From an uncultured Candidatus Saccharibacteria bacterium (GTDB lineage: Bacteria; Patescibacteriota; Minisyncoccia; Phycocordibacterales; UBA12088): a stretch of DNA of 28,745 nt. The notes under the pieces are model-generated. The model saw nothing but the letters and a program-made list of their open reading frames with translations, searched no databases and had not been told where the DNA came from. The position numbers were made by a program, and so were the translations under genes. The stretch spans positions 1 through 28,745 of the forward strand of contig CAZWIY010000001.1 of the NCBI GenBank assembly GCA_964634575.1, written 5' to 3'. Shown here in pieces: positions 8,467 through 16,315 of the stretch; the stretch's first letter is position 1, and each line of letters opens with the position of its first letter.

Positions 8467-9882
8467 CTAGTCAAGCGACTTGGTGACCGCGATCTTTTCG
8501 ATAGTATCAGGAAACGTGCTTTTCCAGAAGGGACGGACGGTTATTTCGGCCTTTTGAATGCTCGGATAGCTCTTTAAAATGGTCGGTAAAGCTGCTTTTT
8601 CTTTGCCCGCAAGGTCTTTTTTCAGCTGTTCTTCGTCGAATTGCCAGACAAACTTTCCCGTGCCTTCAACGTGCACCTTGATGGTAGTATTTTGCCAGGG
8701 CGTCTCTTTTTGGAGGTCTTCCTCAATGGGGGCCACGGTCACTTTGAGGTCAGCCGGATTTTCAAGCGCGATCGAGGTATTGTCATACCCAGCGATTGCG
8801 GCACTTGCCAAATGTCCCGCGAATTGATCATGATCGAAGAGCACATTGTGCAGGGTTCCTTTGACCTGGATTTTTACGTTATTACCCTCATTCTCGATCG
8901 GCAATGCTTCAAATTCGTAAAAATATGCTCCATCGAACGTGTAGAATCCGTCGGGCACCTGTCCCGGCTGCCCCGCTTGAGCGATGAGGTCAGTCTTAAG
9001 GCTTGTCTCAAGCTCATTTTGAATGTTGCTCAGCTGCGTATCGTCGATTGTGTTGCGCTTGCCCTCAAAACCACCCGTCATCGGTTCTTTCGAGTTTGCA
9101 TAAAAACCTTCATAACGGGGAGTGCCTTCAAAACCGGGAATCGTGAACTTCGAGGGGCCGACATTGTACGTCGTCCCTGGCTGATCAGCGGTAACCGTTG
9201 CTTCAATACTTCCCGGAACGGCCGTTCCGTCGCTTCCCATAGTACGACCAGGGACAGTTAGAGAGTCCCGAATACGAAATATCTTTCCATCCTCGGTTTC
9301 GAATCGCGTATTGGTAATGAGACGCTGTGGCTTGTCGTCGAAATTGTTGTATATGGTGATCTTTCCTGTTGCCCGCTCTGCAACATCTTCCGACTTGGTC
9401 GCGGGTACTTCCTTACTTGTGGTTTTTTCGACGGCGGCTGTTTTAAATTGGAGCTGACCCGGCACGTTTTCTTGCGTAGCGATGAAATCGCCATTGATAA
9501 ATGCGTCTTGGTGTCTTGGAGAAACGGTAATAGACGCGCCGGCAAAAACGAATGACAATAAAAGTATCACTACGACAAGACCTGCAACCCCGATACCGCC
9601 TATCATGAGCCACGGGAATCGCCTCTTTGAGGCTGAGTACGCACGTGCACGTCGCGTGCGCGATTCGGTACGTTCCGGCATGTCGGATTCGGGGCTGGAA
9701 GTATGCGACGTTGTCCCCATTTCTTCTCGATATGTGCTGACCACGTTTTCTTTTCTGTTTCCTTCCGGTTTTTGCGAGACAGATACGACCGGAGGAATGC
9801 TCACCTCTCGCTCTTCTTCGCGTTGCACGCGACGTGGCACTGATGGTTTGGGAACAATGTCTTGGAGGGGTTTCTTCGGCAT
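8467..9882 (-). CDS. Single-TM protein: disordered N-terminus, then beta-rich (possibly baseplate-J-like) domain
   Basis: Charged low-complexity residues 1-88, TM segment WLMIGGIGVAGLVVVILLLSF, then ATGKITIYN..LITNTRF..G.IFR and V.ADQPG..YN. From recall, these motifs resemble proteins annotated baseplate J/gp47-like in CPR. Confidence 0.6.
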   Translation of the reverse strand: MPKKPLQDIVPKPSVPRRVQREEEREVSIPPVVSVSQKPEGNRKENVVSTYREEMGTTSHTSSPESDMPERTESRTRRARAYSASKRRFPWLMIGGIGVAGLVVVILLLSFVFAGASITVSPRHQDAFINGDFIATQENVPGQLQFKTAAVEKTTSKEVPATKSEDVAERATGKITIYNNFDDKPQRLITNTRFETEDGKIFRIRDSLTVPGRTMGSDGTAVPGSIEATVTADQPGTTYNVGPSKFTIPGFEGTPRYEGFYANSKEPMTGGFEGKRNTIDDTQLSNIQNELETSLKTDLIAQAGQPGQVPDGFYTFDGAYFYEFEALPIENEGNNVKIQVKGTLHNVLFDHDQFAGHLASAAIAGYDNTSIALENPADLKVTVAPIEEDLQKETPWQNTTIKVHVEGTGKFVWQFDEEQLKKDLAGKEKAALPTILKSYPSIQKAEITVRPFWKSTFPDTIEKIAVTKSLD

Positions 9883-9932
9883 GGCAAATCAAATTATTTT
9901 TTGTAATGATAAGTATACAACAAACACGGTCA

Positions 9933-11108
9933 TTACAATATACCTACGATGTCAACAACGATGTGCGTGTCGAACGGCAGATCGGGTTCTAATTTGATCA
10001 CGCCGTGGGCATCGTTGGTTAGTTTGGAACAAGTCAGTACTTTATATGGCGCATCGTTCACAGTCATCTCCGCAGAAATCGAAGTCAATTTTGTGGCGTA
10101 GGCTGATTGCCACGATTCTTCCGCCACGATGATCGCCGTGTGCGGCAGTGGCGTGCCGCTGTAGAGTGTGGCCATCGTTTTGGTAAAGAATGTGCGCCAG
10201 GCATCAAATCCTTTTTGAAACGATGCGTAGGCAGCATCATTGCGCAGCGCCTGTTTGTCATTGAGGTACAAGTTCGAACGGCTGACAGCTTCTTCAAAAT
10301 TCATATGATGCTGTTGTGCCATGGTGCGTAGTACTGAGCGCGTTCCGTGCGGAAACGTTTGTGTCCCGATCAGTACATTATTTTCGATGATGCTGACGTC
10401 GGTACATTCTCCCGAAATGACTACTTGCAACATAGTATGTTCTTCAGGAAAGAGTTTTTGTAGAGCATGATGGGTGACGAATGTTGCGCTGGCAAAACGC
10501 ACCGGCGTGTGATCAGCAAGTTGTGAGAATGTCTCACGAACGCGCTTCATAAGCGTTTCGGTTGCTACGGTGATATGGAACGTGGCACGCAGCTCGTGCG
10601 TCCTGCGATCGTAGGGTTTGTCCGTAGTGTATCCGTCCAATTGGGTTGAAACCAAAACATTTTCAATAGAAGTCATTGGTACGACAGTGTCGTTTTTCTC
10701 TTTTGTCTGCTCGATAAATGCTTTATATTCTTGTTCTTGCAGGTTGGCGATCAGGGCACGGGTCACGGCAAATGGCGTTTTCTTTTTCAGCGTTACGCTG
10801 CGAGTCGCTTCGATAAACCATGGCGAAGAAAATACGCAGACGAACTCGACATCTTTCCGTTTACCGCGAGATAGCTGTGAAAGATAATCCGTGCTCACCC
10901 GCATAACGACTTCCAAAAGGGTCGCAAGGGTCGCATGCTCGTATCGTTCCGTATTGGTGAGATCAAAAAACGGTACGTATGAAGCAGTATGATACACCAT
11001 GTGCGGCATCCCGCCTTGTAGAACAATCGCCGCTGCGCGGACTTGGCCGCTACCGATATGAAAAAGCACTATCGTGCGTGTTGTCTCGTGCTTGGAAAAT
11101 AGCCTCAT
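9933..11108 (-). CDS. Actin-fold (FtsA/PilM-like) protein with degenerate phosphate motifs
   Basis: VLFHIGSGQVRA corresponds to DIGSxxV, VISGECTDVSII to DIGGGTTD, and FPHGT to PxGG. Start placed at ATG 11108, 7 nt after TATACT. Confidence 0.6.
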   Translation of the reverse strand: MRLFSKHETTRTIVLFHIGSGQVRAAAIVLQGGMPHMVYHTASYVPFFDLTNTERYEHATLATLLEVVMRVSTDYLSQLSRGKRKDVEFVCVFSSPWFIEATRSVTLKKKTPFAVTRALIANLQEQEYKAFIEQTKEKNDTVVPMTSIENVLVSTQLDGYTTDKPYDRRTHELRATFHITVATETLMKRVRETFSQLADHTPVRFASATFVTHHALQKLFPEEHTMLQVVISGECTDVSIIENNVLIGTQTFPHGTRSVLRTMAQQHHMNFEEAVSRSNLYLNDKQALRNDAAYASFQKGFDAWRTFFTKTMATLYSGTPLPHTAIIVAEESWQSAYATKLTSISAEMTVNDAPYKVLTCSKLTNDAHGVIKLEPDLPFDTHIVVDIVGIL

Positions 11109-11147
11109 CAGTATGAGTATAGAAAAATGAATGCGTAAATACAATGA

Positions 11148-11837
11148 TTATTTCAACACAAATGGATTGTAGTCGATGCCACGATCGTAGGTATCAATAC
11201 TTTCTGCGCGTTTGAGGCGGTTAACGATGAGATAGGTGAGCGGCGTTGCAAGCACTTCATAGGCGACTTTAAACAAATAACTGGAGATGATGACGGTACA
11301 TATAGCAGCGACGGATATTGTCCCGGCAAATGCGATGGTGACGAAAATGATGCTGTCAATGCCCTCGCCTATGACGGTAGAGCTGATCGTTCTCACCCAC
11401 AAACGTTTGCCTTCCATCCATACTTTCATTTTTGACAACACATACGAGTTGCTGAATTCGCCGGCAAAGTACGCAAGCATGGAAGCGAGCGTGATCCTGG
11501 GTACTGCGCCAAGGATAGCCTCGTACGCTCCCTGATGCGGCCAAAATGCAGGCGCGGGAAGCAATTGCACCAGCCAGTAACAAAGCGACATGAGTATGAG
11601 TGCCGCAAAACCCGACCATATGATCTTTCGCGAAGCCCGGTATCCGTACACTTCCGTGAGAATGTCTCCAAATATATAGCTGATGGGAAATACGAAAATC
11701 GCTCCCGAAACGACAAACGGACCCAATGCAACCAGTTTGACGGCGGTAGTGTTGGAGATCATCAACACCGCGACAAACAAAATGGCAATGTAGAGGAAGT
11801 ATTTGCTGTGTGTTGCAGCAAGGGTCTCAGGAGGCAT
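11148..11837 (-). CDS. Queuosine precursor transporter (YhhQ/COG1738 family)
   Basis: SNTTAVK, FPISYIFGDILTEVYGY and RTISSTVIGEGIDS motifs; multiple TM segments. The true start is ATG 11837; the ORF-track extension overlaps alaS. Confidence 0.88.
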   Translation of the reverse strand: MPPETLAATHSKYFLYIAILFVAVLMISNTTAVKLVALGPFVVSGAIFVFPISYIFGDILTEVYGYRASRKIIWSGFAALILMSLCYWLVQLLPAPAFWPHQGAYEAILGAVPRITLASMLAYFAGEFSNSYVLSKMKVWMEGKRLWVRTISSTVIGEGIDSIIFVTIAFAGTISVAAICTVIISSYLFKVAYEVLATPLTYLIVNRLKRAESIDTYDRGIDYNPFVLK

Positions 11838-11853
11838 ATTAGTTAATACTAGA

Positions 11854-13722
11854 TCATTGTAATATTGCCTTGATACGTCGTACGCCGGCGGATGATGCTT
11901 CTTCTTTGACGATCTTGAACGTGCCTTTGATGTTTCCGGTGTTCTCGACATGCGGGCCGCCGCAGAGTTCTTGGGAATACACGGTGCCATCATCACATGC
12001 GACCGCGTAGACATTGACCATATCGGGATATTTTTCCCAGAAGCTGCCTTCGACACCCGCGGCTTTTGCTTTTTCTTTTTCGGTCAAGGTAATGGTCACG
12101 GGGCACTTTTTTTGTATGGCCTCGTTGACGTAGCTTTCCACTTTGTCGAGCACGTCGCGCGGAACTTTTTCGGGATAGGTAAAGTCAAAACGCGTGCGTT
12201 CTGCGGTGATGTTACTTCCTGCTTGGTGCACATCGTCGCCCAAGTACTTACGCAAACCCGCAAGCATCAAGTGCGTACAGGTGTGGAGCATGGTCGTGAT
12301 CTCGCCATGATCGGCAAGTCCACCTTTGAATTTTTGTTCAGAGCCACTGCGCGAGAGGTCTTGGTGCTTGTGCATTTCGGCTTTAAATCCCTCCTCGTCT
12401 ACTTTTTTTCCGCGCTCGTGCGCAAGCTCAAGCGTGATCTCAAACGGAAAGCCGTAGGTAGAAAACAACATGAATGCGTCAGTGCCGGAAATAATGTCGC
12501 TCTGCATTTTTTCAAATTCACGAAGACCGCGCACAAGCGTTGTGCGAAAACGTGATTCTTCTTCCTCGATTGCTTGGCGAATGTGATCTTGTTTTGCCGC
12601 AAGTTCAGGGTACGCGTCTTTGTACATTTCAATGATTGGCTCGACGACATTATCAAGGCCCTTTTCGGTAATACCAAGCATGTCCGCAAAGCGGACCGAG
12701 CGACGAATGAGTCTTCGCACAAAGTAGCCCTGGTCAGTGTTGGACGGATGAATACCATCGGCAATAAGAAATACTGCGGCCTTCATGTGGTCTGCGATAA
12801 TCCGAAAGCTACGTTTGTCGTCAGCGTAGGATTTGCCCGAAACTCGTTCCAAGTACTCAATAATGGGAACGTGCGTTATTGGAAAAACATCAGAACTATT
12901 GGCTACCGCCGCGGCGATACGCTCCAAACCTGAACCATGGTCGATATTTGGTTTTTCCAGTGGAACGAACTTCCCTTCCGCAACCTTGCGATACGCCATG
13001 AAGACATTGTTGCCGATTTCCATAAAACGGCCGCAGTCACAGTTGGGGTGGCAATGCTCGCCAAATGCTGTGTCGTGCTCAATGTCTGTGAACTCATAAA
13101 ACATTTCCGAGTCCGGACCGCAAGGGTCGCCCACGGGAGTCGTTTCAGGTCCCGTCTTGCCTCGGTTCCACCAGTTTTTCTTTCCTTCGTAATAGAAAAT
13201 TCGTTCGCCCTCCTTCATGCCTCGCTTATAGCCGTCGGCTTCCGTATTAATGTCGGCGATGTCCGCTCGAATTCCCTTTTCTTGAAATAATTTTTGCCAC
13301 AATTCGGCAGCTTCAGAATCTTTGGGAATACCGTACTCTGGAGCACCGATAAAACAGGTGATGTAGAGATGTTCGGCATCAAGTCTCAACTCATCGACAA
13401 GAAAGGTAAACATCCATGGAATTTGCTTTTCCTTAAAATATTCACCCAACGACCAATTGCCGAGCATTTCAAAAAATGTCGTATGACGATTATCCCCCAC
13501 TTCTTCGATGTCCATCGAGCGAAAGCATTTTTGCGAATCGGTCAGTTTGTCTCCTGATGGATGCGGCCGCCCCAAAAGATACGGCACCAAGGGCTGCATA
13601 CCTGAGCCGGTAAAAAGCGTGGTCGGGTCATTCTCCGGCACCAACGACGCTGAAGGGATCACCGTATGACCCCGCGCTTTGAAAAACTCCAAGTATTTTG
13701 TGCGTACTTCTGCCAGATCCAT
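11854..13722 (-). CDS. alaS: Alanyl-tRNA synthetase, lacking the C-Ala domain (622 aa)
   Basis: TTLFTGSGMQP, HTTFFEMLGNWS and DHGSGLER motifs; editing motifs HTCTH and ELCGGPH. The protein ends at GVRRIKAILQ. Confidence 0.96.
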   Translation of the reverse strand: MDLAEVRTKYLEFFKARGHTVIPSASLVPENDPTTLFTGSGMQPLVPYLLGRPHPSGDKLTDSQKCFRSMDIEEVGDNRHTTFFEMLGNWSLGEYFKEKQIPWMFTFLVDELRLDAEHLYITCFIGAPEYGIPKDSEAAELWQKLFQEKGIRADIADINTEADGYKRGMKEGERIFYYEGKKNWWNRGKTGPETTPVGDPCGPDSEMFYEFTDIEHDTAFGEHCHPNCDCGRFMEIGNNVFMAYRKVAEGKFVPLEKPNIDHGSGLERIAAAVANSSDVFPITHVPIIEYLERVSGKSYADDKRSFRIIADHMKAAVFLIADGIHPSNTDQGYFVRRLIRRSVRFADMLGITEKGLDNVVEPIIEMYKDAYPELAAKQDHIRQAIEEEESRFRTTLVRGLREFEKMQSDIISGTDAFMLFSTYGFPFEITLELAHERGKKVDEEGFKAEMHKHQDLSRSGSEQKFKGGLADHGEITTMLHTCTHLMLAGLRKYLGDDVHQAGSNITAERTRFDFTYPEKVPRDVLDKVESYVNEAIQKKCPVTITLTEKEKAKAAGVEGSFWEKYPDMVNVYAVACDDGTVYSQELCGGPHVENTGNIKGTFKIVKEEASSAGVRRIKAILQ

Positions 13723-13761
13723 ATACAGTACCTTACGGTTTTTACAAATAGTTTGCAAATG

Positions 13762-14766
13762 TCAATTTGCAATGAGGTTAACGATGAGTTGGATCATAAT
13801 ATCCTTCTCCTTTGGGTCGCTTTCAGCAACGAGGAGCGCGAGTGCAGCGAGCGCATTGTCGTTGATTTTCTTTTCACCGTTCTTTTTGTAGAGATGTCTG
13901 TTTTTGTCGAGAAAATACACGAACAAAAACGATCCCGAGCGTTTGTTGCCGTCGGAAAACGGATGGTCCTTGATGATGAAATACAAAAGATGCGCCGCTT
14001 TTTGTTCGATGGTGGGATAGAGTTCTTTGCCGCCAAACGATTGATAAAGTCCGCGGACGATACCCATGAATTCGCCGCCTCGCTCGTAGGCAAACATGTC
14101 GGTCGCTTCACCTTTTTCCATGAGCTTGGTACGCACGGTGTCGAGCACGGAGAGCGATTCTTCGTGTGTAAGCGTGGCATGAGCCATTGTACCTTTTGGT
14201 TCTTTGAGGGTTTCAGCATCGTACTGCTCGAGTACCGAAAGCGTTTTTGAGTATTCGGAAAGCAGTGAAAAAATTTCTTGCTCCTGTCCGCGTAAGTTGT
14301 CTAACGAAACCTTGGAACTCAAGAACTGCACCGTTGATTGCAGCACGGTGAAATTTTCTACGGCTTGTTCGAGACGTTTCTGATTGATCGCGTACCCTTT
14401 CACAAGGTACTGCTTGAGCACCGATGTGGCCCAGATACGGAAGGCCGTGGCCTGCTTGGAATTGACACGATAGCCGACAGAAAGAATGAGGTCGAGGTTG
14501 TAATAATCGACATTTCTGGTAACCTCCCTTCCCCCTTCTTTTTGAACTGTTGCAATTTTTGCAACAGTTGCTTTTTTGGTTAGTTCGCCAGAATTATAGA
14601 TATTGCGTATATGACGGGATATACCTGATTTATCAGTATCAAACAATGAAGCTATCTGATTCAATGTCAGCCACACCGTTTCATCTTCTATCCGTACGCG
14701 AAAATCCACCGCTCCTTTCGAGGGTCTGTAGATAACCACTGCATTTTGTTGCTTTGCCTTAGCCAT
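13762..14766 (-). CDS. RhuM-family N-terminal domain fused to a Fic/Doc domain
   Basis: ETVWLTLNQIASLF, YYNLDLILSVGYRVNS..AT.FRIWAT (RhuM-like) and HPFSDGNKRSG (Doc-type Fic motif). Start at ATG 14766, 7 nt after TGgTACGAT. Confidence 0.85.
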   Translation of the reverse strand: MAKAKQQNAVVIYRPSKGAVDFRVRIEDETVWLTLNQIASLFDTDKSGISRHIRNIYNSGELTKKATVAKIATVQKEGGREVTRNVDYYNLDLILSVGYRVNSKQATAFRIWATSVLKQYLVKGYAINQKRLEQAVENFTVLQSTVQFLSSKVSLDNLRGQEQEIFSLLSEYSKTLSVLEQYDAETLKEPKGTMAHATLTHEESLSVLDTVRTKLMEKGEATDMFAYERGGEFMGIVRGLYQSFGGKELYPTIEQKAAHLLYFIIKDHPFSDGNKRSGSFLFVYFLDKNRHLYKKNGEKKINDNALAALALLVAESDPKEKDIMIQLIVNLIAN

Positions 14767-14857
14767 AAGCAAAATCGTACCATTTTGCTTAGCTTTTTGC
14801 CATTTCAAATGCTACGTGGTAGCTTTGACAGGAGTTGCAAAACGGGGAGATACTATC

Positions 14858-15022
14858 ATGAAAATACGCGCACGCTGTCGCGGGTCCGGTTGGCTCTTTC
14901 GTCCCAAACACAGGCGTCCAATAAAAGACTCATTCAAAAAATGCACCTCATGCGCTGGTACGGGAGTTTGTGCACGGAAACGATTCCCGGGGATTGTTCG
15001 TATTCACGCCGCCACGCAATAA
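14858..15022 (+). CDS. Putative small basic zinc-ribbon protein (54 aa)
   Basis: GGGGAG at 14844-14849 lies 8 nt before the ATG, with TTGACA at 14825-14830. The product contains RARCRGSG and CTSCAGTG. Confidence 0.4.
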   Translation: MKIRARCRGSGWLFRPKHRRPIKDSFKKCTSCAGTGVCARKRFPGIVRIHAATQ

Positions 15023-15046
15023 CGTGTGGCGGTATTTCATGTCCAG

Positions 15047-15625
15047 CTACTTCTTGTTCAAAGCGACAATTTTTTCATATAACTCCGGTGTCGTCATGCG
15101 TATCACCTCGGCCCGTTTTTTGACCTCTTTAAGTTCCTCCTGCCAGTGGCCTCGTGAAAGTCTAAAGTTTAAAAAAGCCATTGCATCGTCGTCTCTCACC
15201 TCTTTAGGTAACGAAGCCAGATCAATACACCCACCCATCGCATGGGCGTCGGCCGCCGTATCAGGATATCCTAATGCGCGGCCCAAAGGTCGCGGGTCGG
15301 ATCCAGCATCAAGTAGCGCATGCAGGTGCTCTTGGTCTTTACCAACGCAAATTTCGATAAACATATGCTCATTGTCCGATGTCTCCCTTTTCTCATAGGG
15401 TATGCAAAGTGTGTCGAGTGTTTGTTCAATAAGCGATATATCATACTGTATATCGTCACGCCCTGATTCTTCGTGTACAGGAAACTGAAACTCAAGGATA
15501 CTTGCAGGCTTCTTACCTTGAACGACGAGTGCGAGGTTGGCACGATCTTCAAAGGATAAAGAGACGAGCTTGCCAATGGTCTGTTTCAGTACCTCGATCT
15601 CATTTGGTTTTGGTATATGTTCCAT
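15047..15625 (-). CDS. Hypothetical protein with KPAS and LGRALGYP motifs (192 aa)
   Basis: Long ORF; ATG 15625 is 4 nt after the stop of the upstream HAD gene. Confidence 0.7.
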   Translation of the reverse strand: MEHIPKPNEIEVLKQTIGKLVSLSFEDRANLALVVQGKKPASILEFQFPVHEESGRDDIQYDISLIEQTLDTLCIPYEKRETSDNEHMFIEICVGKDQEHLHALLDAGSDPRPLGRALGYPDTAADAHAMGGCIDLASLPKEVRDDDAMAFLNFRLSRGHWQEELKEVKKRAEVIRMTTPELYEKIVALNKK

Positions 15626-15629
15626 TATA

Positions 15630-16274
15630 TTACGTGGCTGCAAGGTTTCTTAGGATATCAAGCAAGGATTCGGTACCAACTACTTGAAACGTATCGAAAT
15701 CTATTTTTTTGTAGATCCTGCTCTTATCTACACGGTCATCAATAAGTAACGCATCGGAATAAGTATATCCATTTTTCTTGAGATATTCGTGGAAGAAAGG
15801 AGCGGAACGAGTATCTTCAGACACGTCAAATTTCAGCGCTTTTTGATCAAAGGAGACGAGAACGTCGTCAAAGTGGGTGTCTAATTTTAATGCGGGCACG
15901 ACGTACTTCCTAAAAATATCCATGTTGTCAGTTGCAACAACACACTTGATGCCCTTTTTTCGAATTTGGGCAATCAAAGGTAATATCTCATCTGAAAGCA
16001 AAGTCATTGATTGACAGCTTTTTGCCAAGTCTTCTCGCAAAACTTCTAGGTCATAGCCAAATTGTTTAGAAGCAAGCCGAAGTATCTCATCCTCATCAAT
16101 TTCTCCCCTCATCCACTTCTGAATCAACATTTCGTTCTCAACAAACAAAAAATTGATGATATTTTCATGCCAGTGATGCCTGTCGTGAAGAGGGTCTTTC
16201 AATTGTCCCCAGAAGCCACAGTAGCTTAAGGTTTTATGCCAATCAAAGAAAATGATCTTGTAGTGCTTAGTCAT
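15630..16274 (-). CDS. HAD-superfamily hydrolase with atypical motif I
   Basis: IIFFDWHKTL (DxDxT-like), VVATDN (motif II), QKALK (motif III) and LLIDD (motif IV). Confidence 0.75.
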   Translation of the reverse strand: MTKHYKIIFFDWHKTLSYCGFWGQLKDPLHDRHHWHENIINFLFVENEMLIQKWMRGEIDEDEILRLASKQFGYDLEVLREDLAKSCQSMTLLSDEILPLIAQIRKKGIKCVVATDNMDIFRKYVVPALKLDTHFDDVLVSFDQKALKFDVSEDTRSAPFFHEYLKKNGYTYSDALLIDDRVDKSRIYKKIDFDTFQVVGTESLLDILRNLAAT

Positions 16275-16315
16275 GCGAGGATGTCATGTTCGACTGAAAC
16301 TCGTGATCATATCAA

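Noticed and set aside
8467-9882. Prophage or contractile injection system based on the baseplate-J-like protein
   Set aside because: There are no sheath, tube, spike, terminase or integrase genes in the window, and the gene is embedded among housekeeping genes.
11838-12056. preQ1 riboswitch or N-terminal extension of the YhhQ-family gene
   Set aside because: The extension overlaps the alaS 3' end in another frame; only 16 intergenic nt exist and no preQ1 consensus is seen.
14742-14808. In-frame upstream segment MKWQKAKQN resembling the true N-terminus MAKAKQQN of RhuM-Fic (shared cattttg and cttagc)
   Set aside because: It is short, degenerate and AT-rich, and it overlaps the predicted promoter; chance or an old micro-duplication cannot be distinguished.
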